The notes under the pieces: model-generated
What the model saw: only the letters and a program-made list of their open reading frames with translations
Told to the model about the DNA's origin: nothing
The model's database searches: none
Origin: Candidatus Latescibacterota bacterium
GTDB lineage: Bacteria > Latescibacterota > UBA2968
Reading direction: 5' to 3'
Assembly: GCA_965208125.1 (NCBI GenBank)
Contig: OZ242320.1
Span: 2,720,001-2,784,000, forward strand
Length of the DNA stretch: 64,000 nucleotides
Part shown: positions 1 through 9,421 of the stretch, in pieces
Numbering within the stretch: the first letter of the stretch is position 1
Layout of the letters: each line of letters begins with the position of its first letter
Translations under genes and position numbers: made by a program

Positions 1-1
1 C

Positions 2-292
2 GATATTCATATTGATATTCAAGGACAAGTACATCCAAAGACAGGCGGGATGTCTGTAACACCTGATGATTATAGACAACTACCGAACCACAGATTGCCT
101 GAATCTCTAGGTGGCAGAGGACGCCATCCTATTTTTTCTTTTCAAGTCGTTGACTTACCTTCTACTTCTTTAGCCCTGCGTAGAGATAAACCAAATCACG
201 CGCTTATTGAACCATCGAAGTCCTGTTTGTTCGAAGAATATGAGCAGAATTTACATAGCACCAGAGAAGATTGGGTGAAATGTCATGAGTGA
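2..292 (+). CDS. Tse2-like ADP-ribosyltransferase toxin-domain protein, 5'-truncated at the window edge
   Basis: The frame is open from position 2 (DIHIDIQGQVHPKTGG-MSVTP...). The motifs G-x-V-x-P-x-x-GGMSV, LPxHRLPxxLGGxG, HALIEP and YExxLxxTRxxW match my recollection of the Tse2 ADPRT family. Confidence 0.6.
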   Translation, partial: DIHIDIQGQVHPKTGGMSVTPDDYRQLPNHRLPESLGGRGRHPIFSFQVVDLPSTSLALRRDKPNHALIEPSKSCLFEEYEQNLHSTREDWVKCHE

Positions 293-572
293 AGCTTTCG
301 AGCGATATCGTTCTTTAGAACACGATCTCATTCATATCCGCTGGCAACATGCAGGATTTGATTCTGAGGAAGAAGAGTCGATATTAGAGGACATGGATGT
401 GGTGTGGTATGAATTGAGCGAAGAAGAGCAGCAGCTACTATACAGCGAAGGGGCGAAGTCTCTAATTCGCGACGCCAGAGCAACTTTACCGCATAGCGGT
501 TGGGTTGATGAAGAAGTCTATAGAGTTTCCAATTCCAGCACACCAGTTCGCACGTTTAGGGAGGCGGCCTGA
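285..572 (+). CDS. small acidic hypothetical protein (possible immunity or partner protein)
   Basis: 95-aa ORF overlapping the upstream gene by 8 nt; E/D-rich helical N-terminal half. Confidence 0.7.
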   Translation: MSEAFERYRSLEHDLIHIRWQHAGFDSEEEESILEDMDVVWYELSEEEQQLLYSEGAKSLIRDARATLPHSGWVDEEVYRVSNSSTPVRTFREAA

Positions 573-1330
573 TGTATCTCACAACTCACAGAGTGCGACG
601 AATAAGAGGTGAGAAGGTCGAGGTCGGTATCAATTCTTTTCTCTACCAGCACAGGGAGCTTGAACTTCCCGAAGATATGAAAGACAATAAAAATATCATT
701 GACCAGATCGCCTATGAGAATCCAGGCAAACTAATCGCGGAATCTGTAGATTTAGTGCCGGGAGGCAATTCAGTTCTCAGTTTTGTCGATATAGTTGGCA
801 AGGAAGGTCTTGATCAAGAGTACATCCAAGACTTCCTTGACCAAATGGAGAGCGATATAGAAGACCATTTTCAAGAGAAAAATGTACCCTTTGCCGACTT
901 TGATCAAGATATCGCCGTTAGATTTGAAATCACTTATGGCTTAAAGGGCCAGGAGATAAGAGAGTATAAAGCCCTTAAGGAAAGGGCAATGCATCTGTTC
1001 CAGTCTCAGGAACCTCCCAGGTGGCGATCTGAAGACCCGTGGATAGTGATTCATCGCAATATTTCTCATAACCAGGAAACATTCAGCTTATCAACAGAAA
1101 CTGCCGAGAAACTCAAACAGATGTATGATGAATCTTGGATTCCAGCGAAGATTTCTGTAGATCGACACACAAAGGATAATGTCGAACTCATACATGGTGA
1201 CCTGATAAATAATATTGCACCGGTCTTAACCGATTTAACGCTTGAACAAATTGCTGCACAGGGTGGATTAATACTTTGTGATTCTTTGACCGAAAAAAAA
1301 ATTAAATGGCCTGAGCTAAGGGAAATATAG
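572..1330 (+). CDS. hypothetical protein
   Basis: 252-aa ORF with TGATG coupling to the previous gene and a GGAGG SD upstream; no family recognised. Confidence 0.8.
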   Translation: MYLTTHRVRRIRGEKVEVGINSFLYQHRELELPEDMKDNKNIIDQIAYENPGKLIAESVDLVPGGNSVLSFVDIVGKEGLDQEYIQDFLDQMESDIEDHFQEKNVPFADFDQDIAVRFEITYGLKGQEIREYKALKERAMHLFQSQEPPRWRSEDPWIVIHRNISHNQETFSLSTETAEKLKQMYDESWIPAKISVDRHTKDNVELIHGDLINNIAPVLTDLTLEQIAAQGGLILCDSLTEKKIKWPELREI

Positions 1331-1355
1331 CTCAGGTAGAAATAGAGGATATTTT

Positions 1356-1706
1356 TTGCGACGTTTTGCTCACATTTGTATTGTCTCGCTGACGCTTATA
1401 GGAATGGTTGCGCCCTGTCTGTGTTGGGCGCATCAGGCTTCGATGCCAGAGTGTCATGCTGCGGCAGAGATGAAAGATTGCTGTTGTAGCAAAGAGGCGA
1501 CAGTTGATCGAGAGATGCCGGCGCGCGATCTGGCTGTTTTGCCCGGTGAATGGCAAAATCCAAAGTTGGATTTGACTTGTGTGACGTTGTATCCCTCGGT
1601 TGTTCTTTCCCAGAGTGATTTCCTTCCTTTTATGGTGGATGATCGCCAGAGAGCTTTGCGATCACCGCCCGATCTGTATCTTCTCCACGCAGCATTTCTC
1701 ATCTGA
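1356..1706 (+). CDS. Cys-rich exported small protein, candidate metal-responsive upstream ORF (CruR/CutF-like)
   Basis: AGAGGA SD and TTG start; hydrophobic N-terminus; CLC, CH and CCC motifs; C-terminal RSPPDLYLLHAAFLI; lies directly upstream of a metal RND operon. Confidence 0.7.
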   Translation: MRRFAHICIVSLTLIGMVAPCLCWAHQASMPECHAAAEMKDCCCSKEATVDREMPARDLAVLPGEWQNPKLDLTCVTLYPSVVLSQSDFLPFMVDDRQRALRSPPDLYLLHAAFLI

Positions 1707-1841
1707 TTTTTCCTTCCTGTGCTTGAATGGCATTTGGGGATAGGTGTGTACAAATTGTTCCCGATTGTCGTTTTTTCTGCCGCATGTTTTGCGGACTTTT
1801 TCCTTTTTAAATACTAAATATAGATTCTCTGGAGGTGGCTT

Positions 1842-3101
1842 GTGTATGCTATCCGAGCCATGATCGGACTATGTCTCATGGGTATATCTATTTTGCCTGT
1901 GCGGGCAGATGAACTGGATCTGGATGCGCTGATTCAGGAGGCTGTGGAAAATAATCCCAATTTGTCGGTTTTGCGGGCGCGGTTGGCTGCTTTTGAAGCG
2001 AAAATTCCGCAGGCGGGGGCATTGGAAGATCCGTCTTTTCGCTTTGAGGTGAGCAATGTGCCGTTGGGCGACTTCAATTTGAGCAGTACGCCGATGAGCG
2101 GAAATCAATTTGTGCTTAGCCAGAAGTTTTCTTTGCCGGGAAAACAGTGGGCGCGCGAGCAATCGGCCCAGTTTGCCTCAGAGTCTGTTGCCTGGCTGTT
2201 GCGCGACCGAGAATTGGCTATTGCCAATGCGGTCAAGCAGCCTTTTTTTGATCTGGCTTATGTGACCCGTGCTATTGCTATTATGGAAAAGAATCGGGTG
2301 TTGTTGCAAGACCTTGTTCGCATTGCCCGCACGAAATACGCCGTTGGAAAAGGGTTGCAACAGGATGTGTTGAAAGCCCAGGTTTCGCTGTCGGCACTGG
2401 ATACGGAGTTGATTGCGCTTCGGGCTAAAAAACAATTGGCAGAGGCGCGTTTAAATCTGGTGTTGAATCGGTCTCCGCAAAGTCCTCTGGGTGCGCCGCC
2501 AGATACTATTGGTCTTTCGAGCGTGCCACTGACGGTTGATGCCTTGCAAGTGCTTGCCGATGAGGGACATCCATCCCTGAAGGCAATGGATCAATCGATT
2601 TTGATGTGGCAAGCAGAGGTTGAGGTTGCAGGAAGAAATCTTTGGCCGGATATGACGGTGAGTTTGGGGTATCGTCAGCGCGTGTCTGCGGCTAATGATC
2701 CGGTGATAGGAAGCGATTTTATATCTGTTGGTATAGGTATTCCATTGCCCGTGTTTGGCGGGCGCAAGCAACGCCAGCAGATTGCAGAAGCGCGGGCTAA
2801 TTTGCGAGAGGCTGAGGCTCAAAAGGTCGCTGAACGCGAGCAGATTCACTACGAGATTCAGCGTCTGATTATTGAGGCAAGACAACACCGGGAAAGCGCC
2901 GAGTTGTTTCGCACTGCGATGTTGCCTCAGGCAGAGCAGTCGCTGGCGTCGGCATTGTCGGGTTATCGGGTGGATAAGGTGGATTTTTTGACGTTGTTGG
3001 ACAATCAGATGACGCTGTTGAATTTTGAGATCGCACATTATCGACATGTGATTGAGCATGAAAAACGGGTGGCGGATCTGGCGGCGGCGGTGGGACATTA
3101 G
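1842..3101 (+). CDS. TolC-family outer membrane efflux protein (heavy-metal RND channel)
   Basis: Signal peptide, two OEP-type repeats ([16 protein letters not shown]), Y-x-x-G-K motif; first gene of the RND trio. Confidence 0.93.
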   Translation: MYAIRAMIGLCLMGISILPVRADELDLDALIQEAVENNPNLSVLRARLAAFEAKIPQAGALEDPSFRFEVSNVPLGDFNLSSTPMSGNQFVLSQKFSLPGKQWAREQSAQFASESVAWLLRDRELAIANAVKQPFFDLAYVTRAIAIMEKNRVLLQDLVRIARTKYAVGKGLQQDVLKAQVSLSALDTELIALRAKKQLAEARLNLVLNRSPQSPLGAPPDTIGLSSVPLTVDALQVLADEGHPSLKAMDQSILMWQAEVEVAGRNLWPDMTVSLGYRQRVSAANDPVIGSDFISVGIGIPLPVFGGRKQRQQIAEARANLREAEAQKVAEREQIHYEIQRLIIEARQHRESAELFRTAMLPQAEQSLASALSGYRVDKVDFLTLLDNQMTLLNFEIAHYRHVIEHEKRVADLAAAVGH

Positions 3102-3108
3102 GTCTGAG

Positions 3109-3133
3109 GTCGGAGCAGGCTCTGTGCCTGTCC
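3109..3133 (+). repeat. degenerate REP-like hairpin
   Basis: GTCG-GAGCAGGC-TCTGT-GCCTGTCC; same architecture as the GTAG-REPs at 7793, 45855 and 58166. Confidence 0.45.
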
Positions 3134-3153
3134 GTTTAACAAGGAGTTGTGAC

Positions 3154-4533
3154 ATGAAATATCTCTTTCCAATTTTAGTATTGATCGCGGGATTGATCGC
3201 GGGATTTGTTGGCGGGGTCTGGATTGCGGGAGATACGCATACAGAGCAGATGCAGGCGTTGGAGACATATATTTGTCCGATGCATCCGACGGTGGTGTCG
3301 GATAAGCCGGGCAGTTGTCCCATTTGCGGTATGGATCTGGTGGTGAAGGAGGTGGATGGTGGGCACGGTCATAAGATGCAGGCGTTGGAGACATATATTT
3401 GTCCGATGCATCCGACGGTGGTGTCGGATAAGCCCGGGTCTTGTCCAATCTGTGGTATGGATCTGGTGGTGAAAGAGGCTGATGCGTCGTCAGTTCAGGA
3501 TAGAAGCGTGCAGATTGATCCTGTGACGATTCAGAATATTGGTGTGAAGACAATGGTGGTGGAAAAGCAGTCTTTGAAGCGCACAGTGCGCGCGGTGGGC
3601 AGGGTGGATTATGACGAGACGCGGATTATGGATGTAAATAGCAAGGTCGCCGGATGGGTTGAGCAGTTGTATGTGGATTATACCGGTCAGTGGGTGAAAA
3701 AGGGGCAGCCTTTGCTCGCGCTTTACAGTCCGGAACTGGTCGCGGCGCAAGAGGAGTATTTGACGGCTCTGGATTATGCGGAGAGAATGCGCGGTGGTGT
3801 GGATCGAGATGTGGCGCAAAGTGCCGAAGATTTGCTCGCTGCTGCGAGGCAAAGGTTGCTGTACTGGGATATTTCGGCGGGTCAGATTGCGGAGTTGGAA
3901 AAGACGCGACAGGTTGGACGAACAATGCCCATTCTGGCTCCTCGTTCGGGGATTGTGACGCACAAAGATGTGCTGGAGGGGGCGTATATCAGGTCGGGTC
4001 AACATTTGTATCGCATTGCGGATCTGTCGGTGGTGTGGATTTATGCGGATGTGTACGAATACGAGATGCCGTGGATTTCCAAAGGGCAGCGCGCAGAGGT
4101 GTCGCTGTCTTATTTGCCGGGCGAGCAATTTGAGGGAAAAGTGGATTATATTTTTCCGTTTATGAATGAAAAGACGCGCACGGTGCAGGTGCGGATGGTT
4201 TTTGACAATGCAGATGGTGCGCTTAAACCGGATATGTATGCCGATGTGGTAATTCGTCCCGAGGTGTCGCGTGAGGGGGTTGTGATACCCGCGCAGGCGG
4301 TGATTCATTCGGGGACGCGCAGGGTTGTTGTGATGGCTCACGGAAACGGTAGGTTTGAGCCGCGCGAGATTCACATCGGGGTCGAGACTGAGGATGGCTA
4401 TGAGGTCATGCACGGGCTAAATCCGGGGGATCAGATTGTGACTTCGGCGCAATTTTTGATCGATTCAGAGAGCAATTTAAAGGCTGCACTGGCGGGGATG
4501 CTTGGAGATCCTATGAAACATGGTGGACATTGA
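3154..4533 (+). CDS. cusB: CusB-like RND periplasmic adaptor with two heavy-metal-binding domains
   Basis: AAGGAG SD then ATG at 3154 (rather than 3052); two copies of YICPMHP...CPICGMDLV; [13 protein letters not shown]; [11 protein letters not shown]. Confidence 0.9.
   Translation: MKYLFPILVLIAGLIAGFVGGVWIAGDTHTEQMQALETYICPMHPTVVSDKPGSCPICGMDLVVKEVDGGHGHKMQALETYICPMHPTVVSDKPGSCPICGMDLVVKEADASSVQDRSVQIDPVTIQNIGVKTMVVEKQSLKRTVRAVGRVDYDETRIMDVNSKVAGWVEQLYVDYTGQWVKKGQPLLALYSPELVAAQEEYLTALDYAERMRGGVDRDVAQSAEDLLAAARQRLLYWDISAGQIAELEKTRQVGRTMPILAPRSGIVTHKDVLEGAYIRSGQHLYRIADLSVVWIYADVYEYEMPWISKGQRAEVSLSYLPGEQFEGKVDYIFPFMNEKTRTVQVRMVFDNADGALKPDMYADVVIRPEVSREGVVIPAQAVIHSGTRRVVVMAHGNGRFEPREIHIGVETEDGYEVMHGLNPGDQIVTSAQFLIDSESNLKAALAGMLGDPMKHGGH
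3248..3484 (+). repeat. 126-bp intragenic tandem duplication encoding the two metal-binding domains
   Basis: Units start at 3248 and 3374; about the first 60 nt are identical and the rest differ mostly at synonymous sites. Confidence 0.95.
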
Positions 4534-4562
4534 GGCGCGCATTTTGAGGAGGCTGGAACGCG

Positions 4563-7500
4563 ATGCTAAATCGAATTATTGAAGCGAGTGTCGAGAATCG
4601 GTTCCTGGTGGTGATCGCTACTTTGATGGTGATTGGATGGGGGGTGTACGCGATGCTGAATACGCCACTGGATGCGATTCCCGATTTGTCGGATGTGCAG
4701 GTGATCGTGTTTAGCGAATATCCGGGTCAGGCACCGCAGGTGGTGGAAGATCAGGTGACGTATCCGCTGACGACGGCGATGTTGTCCGTGCCTTATGCAA
4801 AGACGGTGCGGGGATATTCGTTTTTTGGCATTTCTTATGTATATGTGATTTTTGAGGATGGAACGGATATGTATTGGGCGCGCAGTCGGGTGTTGGAGTA
4901 TCTTAATTCCGCGTCTGATAGATTGCCGCAGGGGGTAACGCCAAAGCTGGGACCAGATGCGACGGGTGTGGGCTGGGTCTATCAATATACGGTGCTGGAT
5001 ACGACTGGAAGACATGATCTTTCAGAGTTGAGGTCGATTCAGGATTGGTATTTGCGATATGAGTTGAGCAGTGTGCAGGGTGTGTCGGAAGTGGCGTCTG
5101 TGGGTGGGTTTGTGAAGCAGTATCAGGTGGTTGTGGATCCCAATCGCTTGCTGGCATACAATATTCCTTTGCAGAAGGTTCGGACGGCGATTCAGCGCAG
5201 CAATAGCGATGTGGGAGGGCGATTGGTCGAGCTGGCAGAGACGGAATTTATGGTGCGCGGGTTGGGGTATATCCGTTCTGTGGCAGATATTGAGCAGATT
5301 GCCCTGGGCGTGGATGAACACGGTACGCCGATTCGCGTAAAAGATGTTGCTACTGTGCAGGTGGGGCCAGAGCTTAGAAGGGGATTGGCCGAGTGGAATG
5401 GCGAGGGGGAGGTGGTGGGGGGTATTGTGGTGATGCGGTATGGGGAAAATGCGCTCAAAGTTATTGATCGGGTGAAAGAGAAGATGGAATCGCTCAAACC
5501 CGGTCTTCCGGAGGGCGTAGTGGTGGTCGCCAATTACGATCGCTCGGCACTTATTCTGCGCGCGGTTGATCATTTGCAAAAAAAGCTGATTGAAGAGATC
5601 GCGATAGTGGCTGTGGTGTGTATTGTTTTTTTACTCCATTTTCGCAGTGCTTTTGTGGCTGTTTTCACGTTGCCGATGGGGATTTTAATTGCGTTTGCCG
5701 CGATGTATCACCAGGGCGTCAATTCGAATATTATGTCTCTTGGAGGCATTGCTATTGCTATTGGGGCGATGGTGGATGCCGCTATTGTGATGATCGAAAA
5801 TGCGCACAAGCATATGGAACGCGATGGCGGGACAAAGTCGCATAGTGAGATGATTATTGCCGCTTCGAAAGAGGTGGGACCGGCGCTGTTCTTTTCGCTG
5901 TTGATTATTACGCTGTCGTTTTTGCCGGTTTTTACACTGGAGGCGCAGGAGGGACGGTTGTTTAAGCCGCTCGCATATACCAAAACTTATGCTATGGCGG
6001 CGGCGGCATTTTTGGCGATTACGGTTGTGCCGGTGCTGATGACTTTTTTTGTGCGCGGCAAAATTCGGTCTGAGGCACAGAATCCCATCAGTCGCGTGTT
6101 GATCTATCTGTACCGGCCCGTGATTGATTGGGTGCTGCGACATCGGGTGATGACTGTGGCGTTGGGCGGGCTGGTGTTGTTTGTGACGGTGTTTCCTTTT
6201 CGGGATATTGTGGTGTCGCGTTTTTCCGATCGACCGCAGAGTTTGACTTATAAGGCACTGGTGAAGTTGGACGCGTTGTTTCCTATGGAAAAAATTGGAT
6301 CGGAATTTATGCCGCCTCTGTACGAGGGCGATCTGTTGTATATGCCCACGACATTGCCGGGGATATCGATTACGAGGGCGCGGGCGCTGTTGCAACAGAC
6401 GGATAAAATCATTCGCACTTTTCCCGAAGTTGAACACGTATTTGGCAAGATTGGTCGGGCGGAGACTGCGACAGATCCGGCGCCGTTGTCGATGATTGAG
6501 ACGACGATTATGCTCAAGCCCGAGTCCGAGTGGCGAGAAGGCATGACGCCTCAAAAATTAATTCGGGAGTTGAATCAGGCGGTGAAATTTCCGGGATTGA
6601 CAAATGCGTGGACTATGCCGATTAAGACGCGCATCGATATGCTTTCAACGGGTATTAAGACGCCTGTGGGTATCAAGGTGGTGGGGGATGATCTGGAGAC
6701 ATTGCAGATGTTGGGTGAGAAAATCGAGACGGTGGTGCGCGATTTGCCGGGTACGCTGAGTGTGTTTGCCGAGCGCGCAGCAGGTGGCAATTATCTGGAT
6801 TTTGAGATCGATAGACAGGCTGCTGCGCGTTATGGGCTGACGGTTGGGGATGTGCAGGATGTTATTATGTCTGCATTGGGCGGGATGAATATCACCCATA
6901 CTGTGGAGGGTTTGGAGCGCTATCCGGTGAATTTGCGTTATGGGAGGGAGTTACGCGACAATTTGCCCGCGCTTCGGCGCGTGCTGGTGCCCACGCCGAT
7001 GGGGGCGCAGATTCCCATTGGGCAGTTGGCAGATCTTCATATTCGGAAGGGTCCACCGGGTATTAAGAGCGAGAATGCGCGGTTAAATGCGTGGGTCTAT
7101 GTCGATATTGAAGGCGTGGATGTGGGAACTTATGTCGCGCGGGCGCAACAGGCGGTGTTGGAGCAGGTTCAGATGCCACCCGGGTACACCGCGATCTGGA
7201 GCGGTCAGTATGAATATATGTTGCGGGCAGAGAAGAAGCTGAAGGTTGTGGTGCCCGTGACGCTGGCGATCATTTTTGTGCTGTTGTATCTGAATTTTAG
7301 AAATGTGGCTGAGACCGCGATTGTGATGCTTTCTCTGCCCTTTGCTCTGGTCGGCGGGATATGGTTGATGTATATTTTGGATTACGATATGAGTATTGCC
7401 GTGGGGGTTGGGTTTATCGCGCTGGCGGGATTGGCTGCCGAGACGGGGGTGGTGATGCTGATTTATCTGGATCAGGCTTATGATAGTCTTAGACGTGAGA

Positions 7501-7772
7501 ATGGCGATGTTTTGACGCTGGCGGACTTAAATCAGGCGGTGATGTCCGGTGCTGTGGAGCGGGTGCGTCCTAAGTTGATGACGGTGTTTTCAACGATGAT
7601 GGGGCTGTTGCCGATTATGTGGTCAACGGGTACGGGGTCCGAGGCGATGAAGCGCATTGCTGCGCCTATGGTGGGGGGGATGGTGTCATCGACGATTTTG
7701 ACGCTGTTGGTGATTCCGGCGATTTATGCGTTGTGGAAAGAGAGAAGGGTATCCGCAGATGGACGCAGATAG
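4563..7772 (+). CDS. cusA: CusA/SilA heavy-metal efflux RND permease
   Basis: DAIPDLSDVQVI, GPDATGVGWVYQY, GSEFMPPLYEGDLLYMP, APLSMIET, WTMPIKTRIDML and RVRPKLMT motifs. Confidence 0.97.
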   Translation: MLNRIIEASVENRFLVVIATLMVIGWGVYAMLNTPLDAIPDLSDVQVIVFSEYPGQAPQVVEDQVTYPLTTAMLSVPYAKTVRGYSFFGISYVYVIFEDGTDMYWARSRVLEYLNSASDRLPQGVTPKLGPDATGVGWVYQYTVLDTTGRHDLSELRSIQDWYLRYELSSVQGVSEVASVGGFVKQYQVVVDPNRLLAYNIPLQKVRTAIQRSNSDVGGRLVELAETEFMVRGLGYIRSVADIEQIALGVDEHGTPIRVKDVATVQVGPELRRGLAEWNGEGEVVGGIVVMRYGENALKVIDRVKEKMESLKPGLPEGVVVVANYDRSALILRAVDHLQKKLIEEIAIVAVVCIVFLLHFRSAFVAVFTLPMGILIAFAAMYHQGVNSNIMSLGGIAIAIGAMVDAAIVMIENAHKHMERDGGTKSHSEMIIAASKEVGPALFFSLLIITLSFLPVFTLEAQEGRLFKPLAYTKTYAMAAAAFLAITVVPVLMTFFVRGKIRSEAQNPISRVLIYLYRPVIDWVLRHRVMTVALGGLVLFVTVFPFRDIVVSRFSDRPQSLTYKALVKLDALFPMEKIGSEFMPPLYEGDLLYMPTTLPGISITRARALLQQTDKIIRTFPEVEHVFGKIGRAETATDPAPLSMIETTIMLKPESEWREGMTPQKLIRELNQAVKFPGLTNAWTMPIKTRIDMLSTGIKTPVGIKVVGDDLETLQMLGEKIETVVRDLPGTLSVFAERAAGGNYLDFEIDRQAAARYGLTVGDVQDVIMSALGGMNITHTVEGLERYPVNLRYGRELRDNLPALRRVLVPTPMGAQIPIGQLADLHIRKGPPGIKSENARLNAWVYVDIEGVDVGTYVARAQQAVLEQVQMPPGYTAIWSGQYEYMLRAEKKLKVVVPVTLAIIFVLLYLNFRNVAETAIVMLSLPFALVGGIWLMYILDYDMSIAVGVGFIALAGLAAETGVVMLIYLDQAYDSLRRENGDVLTLADLNQAVMSGAVERVRPKLMTVFSTMMGLLPIMWSTGTGSEAMKRIAAPMVGGMVSSTILTLLVIPAIYALWKERRVSADGRR

Positions 7773-7817
7773 ACGCAGATGAAAGGCAAGACGTAGGGGT
7801 GGGTTTTTAACCCACCC
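7749..7817 (+). repeat. composite repeat: triple GCAGAT 10-mer plus GTAG REP hairpin
   Basis: gtATCCGCAGAT-GGACGCAGAT-AGACGCAGAT-gaaa (7749-7784) is 35/36 identical to 22451-22486; followed by GTAG-GGGTGGGTT-ttt-AACCCACCC (7793-7817). Confidence 0.85.
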
Positions 7818-7858
7818 GATGTAAACCCCAAAGTTATTCACTTATCAGGAGGTATATT

Positions 7859-8215
7859 ATGAAGTCTCGTATTTTTGCATTATTGGTCATTGGCGCGACA
7901 GCGATAGGCATGGCGGGATGGGTTGGCTGTTCGTCAAAGTCGGAGGCGACGACTGTCGAGGTGAAGTTGGCAACGATGCAGTGCGCTATGTGTTCGCATA
8001 CCATAGAGGAAGCCCTGAAAAAGGTTGATGGTGTTGAGAGTGTGGAAGTCAATCTGGATGCGAAAACAGCGAAGGTGACGTTTGATGACAAGGTGACCAG
8101 TGTTCCCGCTCTGGAGCAGGCCGTTGTGAAGGTGGGTTATGCGGCTAATGACAAAAAGGCCGATGCCGATGCGTATGCAAAGTTGCCCAGTTGCTGCCAG
8201 GTTCCTGAGAATTAA
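7859..8215 (+). CDS. exported heavy-metal-associated (HMA, CopZ/MerP-like) protein, probable lipoprotein
   Basis: AGGAGG SD; signal peptide ending VGC; MQCAMC motif; C-terminal AYAKLPSCC. Confidence 0.9.
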   Translation: MKSRIFALLVIGATAIGMAGWVGCSSKSEATTVEVKLATMQCAMCSHTIEEALKKVDGVESVEVNLDAKTAKVTFDDKVTSVPALEQAVVKVGYAANDKKADADAYAKLPSCCQVPEN

Positions 8216-8234
8216 TCTGCCGATTGTTGGATCA

Positions 8235-8271
8235 AAGCCCCGGATGTTTGATAAATTCGGGGCTTGTTTTT
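8235..8271 (+). terminator. intrinsic terminator between convergent genes
   Basis: AAGCCCCGGAT...ATTCGGGGCTT followed by GTTTTT. Confidence 0.75.
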
Positions 8272-9409
8272 ATAATTGTGCAACACCCAACCCCAGCAAT
8301 GCCAGAGCGATAGCTGATAAGACACCCAATATCACCGGTTTTATACCGCCGGCTTTCATTGCAGCAAATGCCGTAGATAATCCAACTCCGGCCATCGCGC
8401 ACGTAATAATCCACTTGCCGCTCTGGCTCAATAAGCCAGATAGGTCTATATGCCGGTCGCCTGCACCAAACACAAATTGTTCAGATAAATGTAATGTCAC
8501 TTCTGGCAAAAAGCCCAGGGTTCGCAGCAGTGCCATTGCCAGAAATAACACGACAAAACCCGGGACCAGCCTGGAATAACGCACTGGTTCATCGATATAA
8601 ATCGCCTGTCGCTGCGTATAAGCAAACCACGCTCCCAGCACAAATACGACAGGTCCCAAAAGTGAGATGCGCACCAGTTTTACAATTGTCGCCATTTCCC
8701 CCGCTGTCTGCCCATCTCCTGCATGCGCGAATCCCGCGGCAATTACCTGTGGTGTTGCGTGAATGCCCAATCCACACCAGATGCCATATACTTCTGCATC
8801 CAGCATTTCCAGAGATCCAACCACGGGAAATAGCAGCATCGCCACTACGCCCAGCAGATTGATCACGCCAACTGAATACGTTATGTCTTCGTTGTTGGCT
8901 TTGATCAGGGGCGCGAGGGCTACAATGGCAGAGCTTCCGCAAACCCCTGTGCCCACACCAATCAATAGCCCCATTTTTTTTTCGATGTTAAGCCAGCGCG
9001 ATATTAGATGGGTGAATATAACAATTATTGCAATTAACACGGCCGCACCAATCAGGACCTGTACTGCGACGCGAATCAAATCGTAAAAATCCAACCGCGC
9101 ACCCAGGAGCACAATTCCAACGGGCAGCCACTTTTGCACCACTGTATCTATACCGGGCTTTAATTTTGCTGTTGACGGCATCACATTGCACAATAGCATG
9201 CCCAATAACAATGCCAGTAATACTGCGCTCAGGGGATGTTGGCCCGAGGACAGTGTAAACGGAGGAAAAGGCAATGTGTTTAAATATATTGCTGCCCACG
9301 ACAAGATTACACATACCCCAATGCCTGGCCAGGGACTTTCTTTGGGCCAGATAGAGAGTTTTTTGCGAAATTGCGCTTCAAATGATCGCTCTTTTCCGCT
9401 CAGATTCAT
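8270..9409 (-). CDS. YeiH/UPF0324 family membrane protein (putative sulfate exporter)
   Basis: GIVLLGARL, GTGVCGSSAIVA, ATIVKLVRI and AMAGVGL motifs; multi-pass hydrophobic protein. Confidence 0.9.
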   Translation of the reverse strand: MNLSGKERSFEAQFRKKLSIWPKESPWPGIGVCVILSWAAIYLNTLPFPPFTLSSGQHPLSAVLLALLLGMLLCNVMPSTAKLKPGIDTVVQKWLPVGIVLLGARLDFYDLIRVAVQVLIGAAVLIAIIVIFTHLISRWLNIEKKMGLLIGVGTGVCGSSAIVALAPLIKANNEDITYSVGVINLLGVVAMLLFPVVGSLEMLDAEVYGIWCGLGIHATPQVIAAGFAHAGDGQTAGEMATIVKLVRISLLGPVVFVLGAWFAYTQRQAIYIDEPVRYSRLVPGFVVLFLAMALLRTLGFLPEVTLHLSEQFVFGAGDRHIDLSGLLSQSGKWIITCAMAGVGLSTAFAAMKAGGIKPVILGVLSAIALALLGLGVAQL

Positions 9410-9421
9410 ACCTTCATTTCC

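Noticed and set aside
3052-3153. N-terminal extension of the CusB-like ORF from 3052
   Set aside because: It overlaps the TolC gene and a REP-like hairpin; the SD supports ATG 3154.
7749-7790. GCAGAT tandem units as a mini-CRISPR array
   Set aside because: The units are 10 nt with no spacers, and there are no cas genes.
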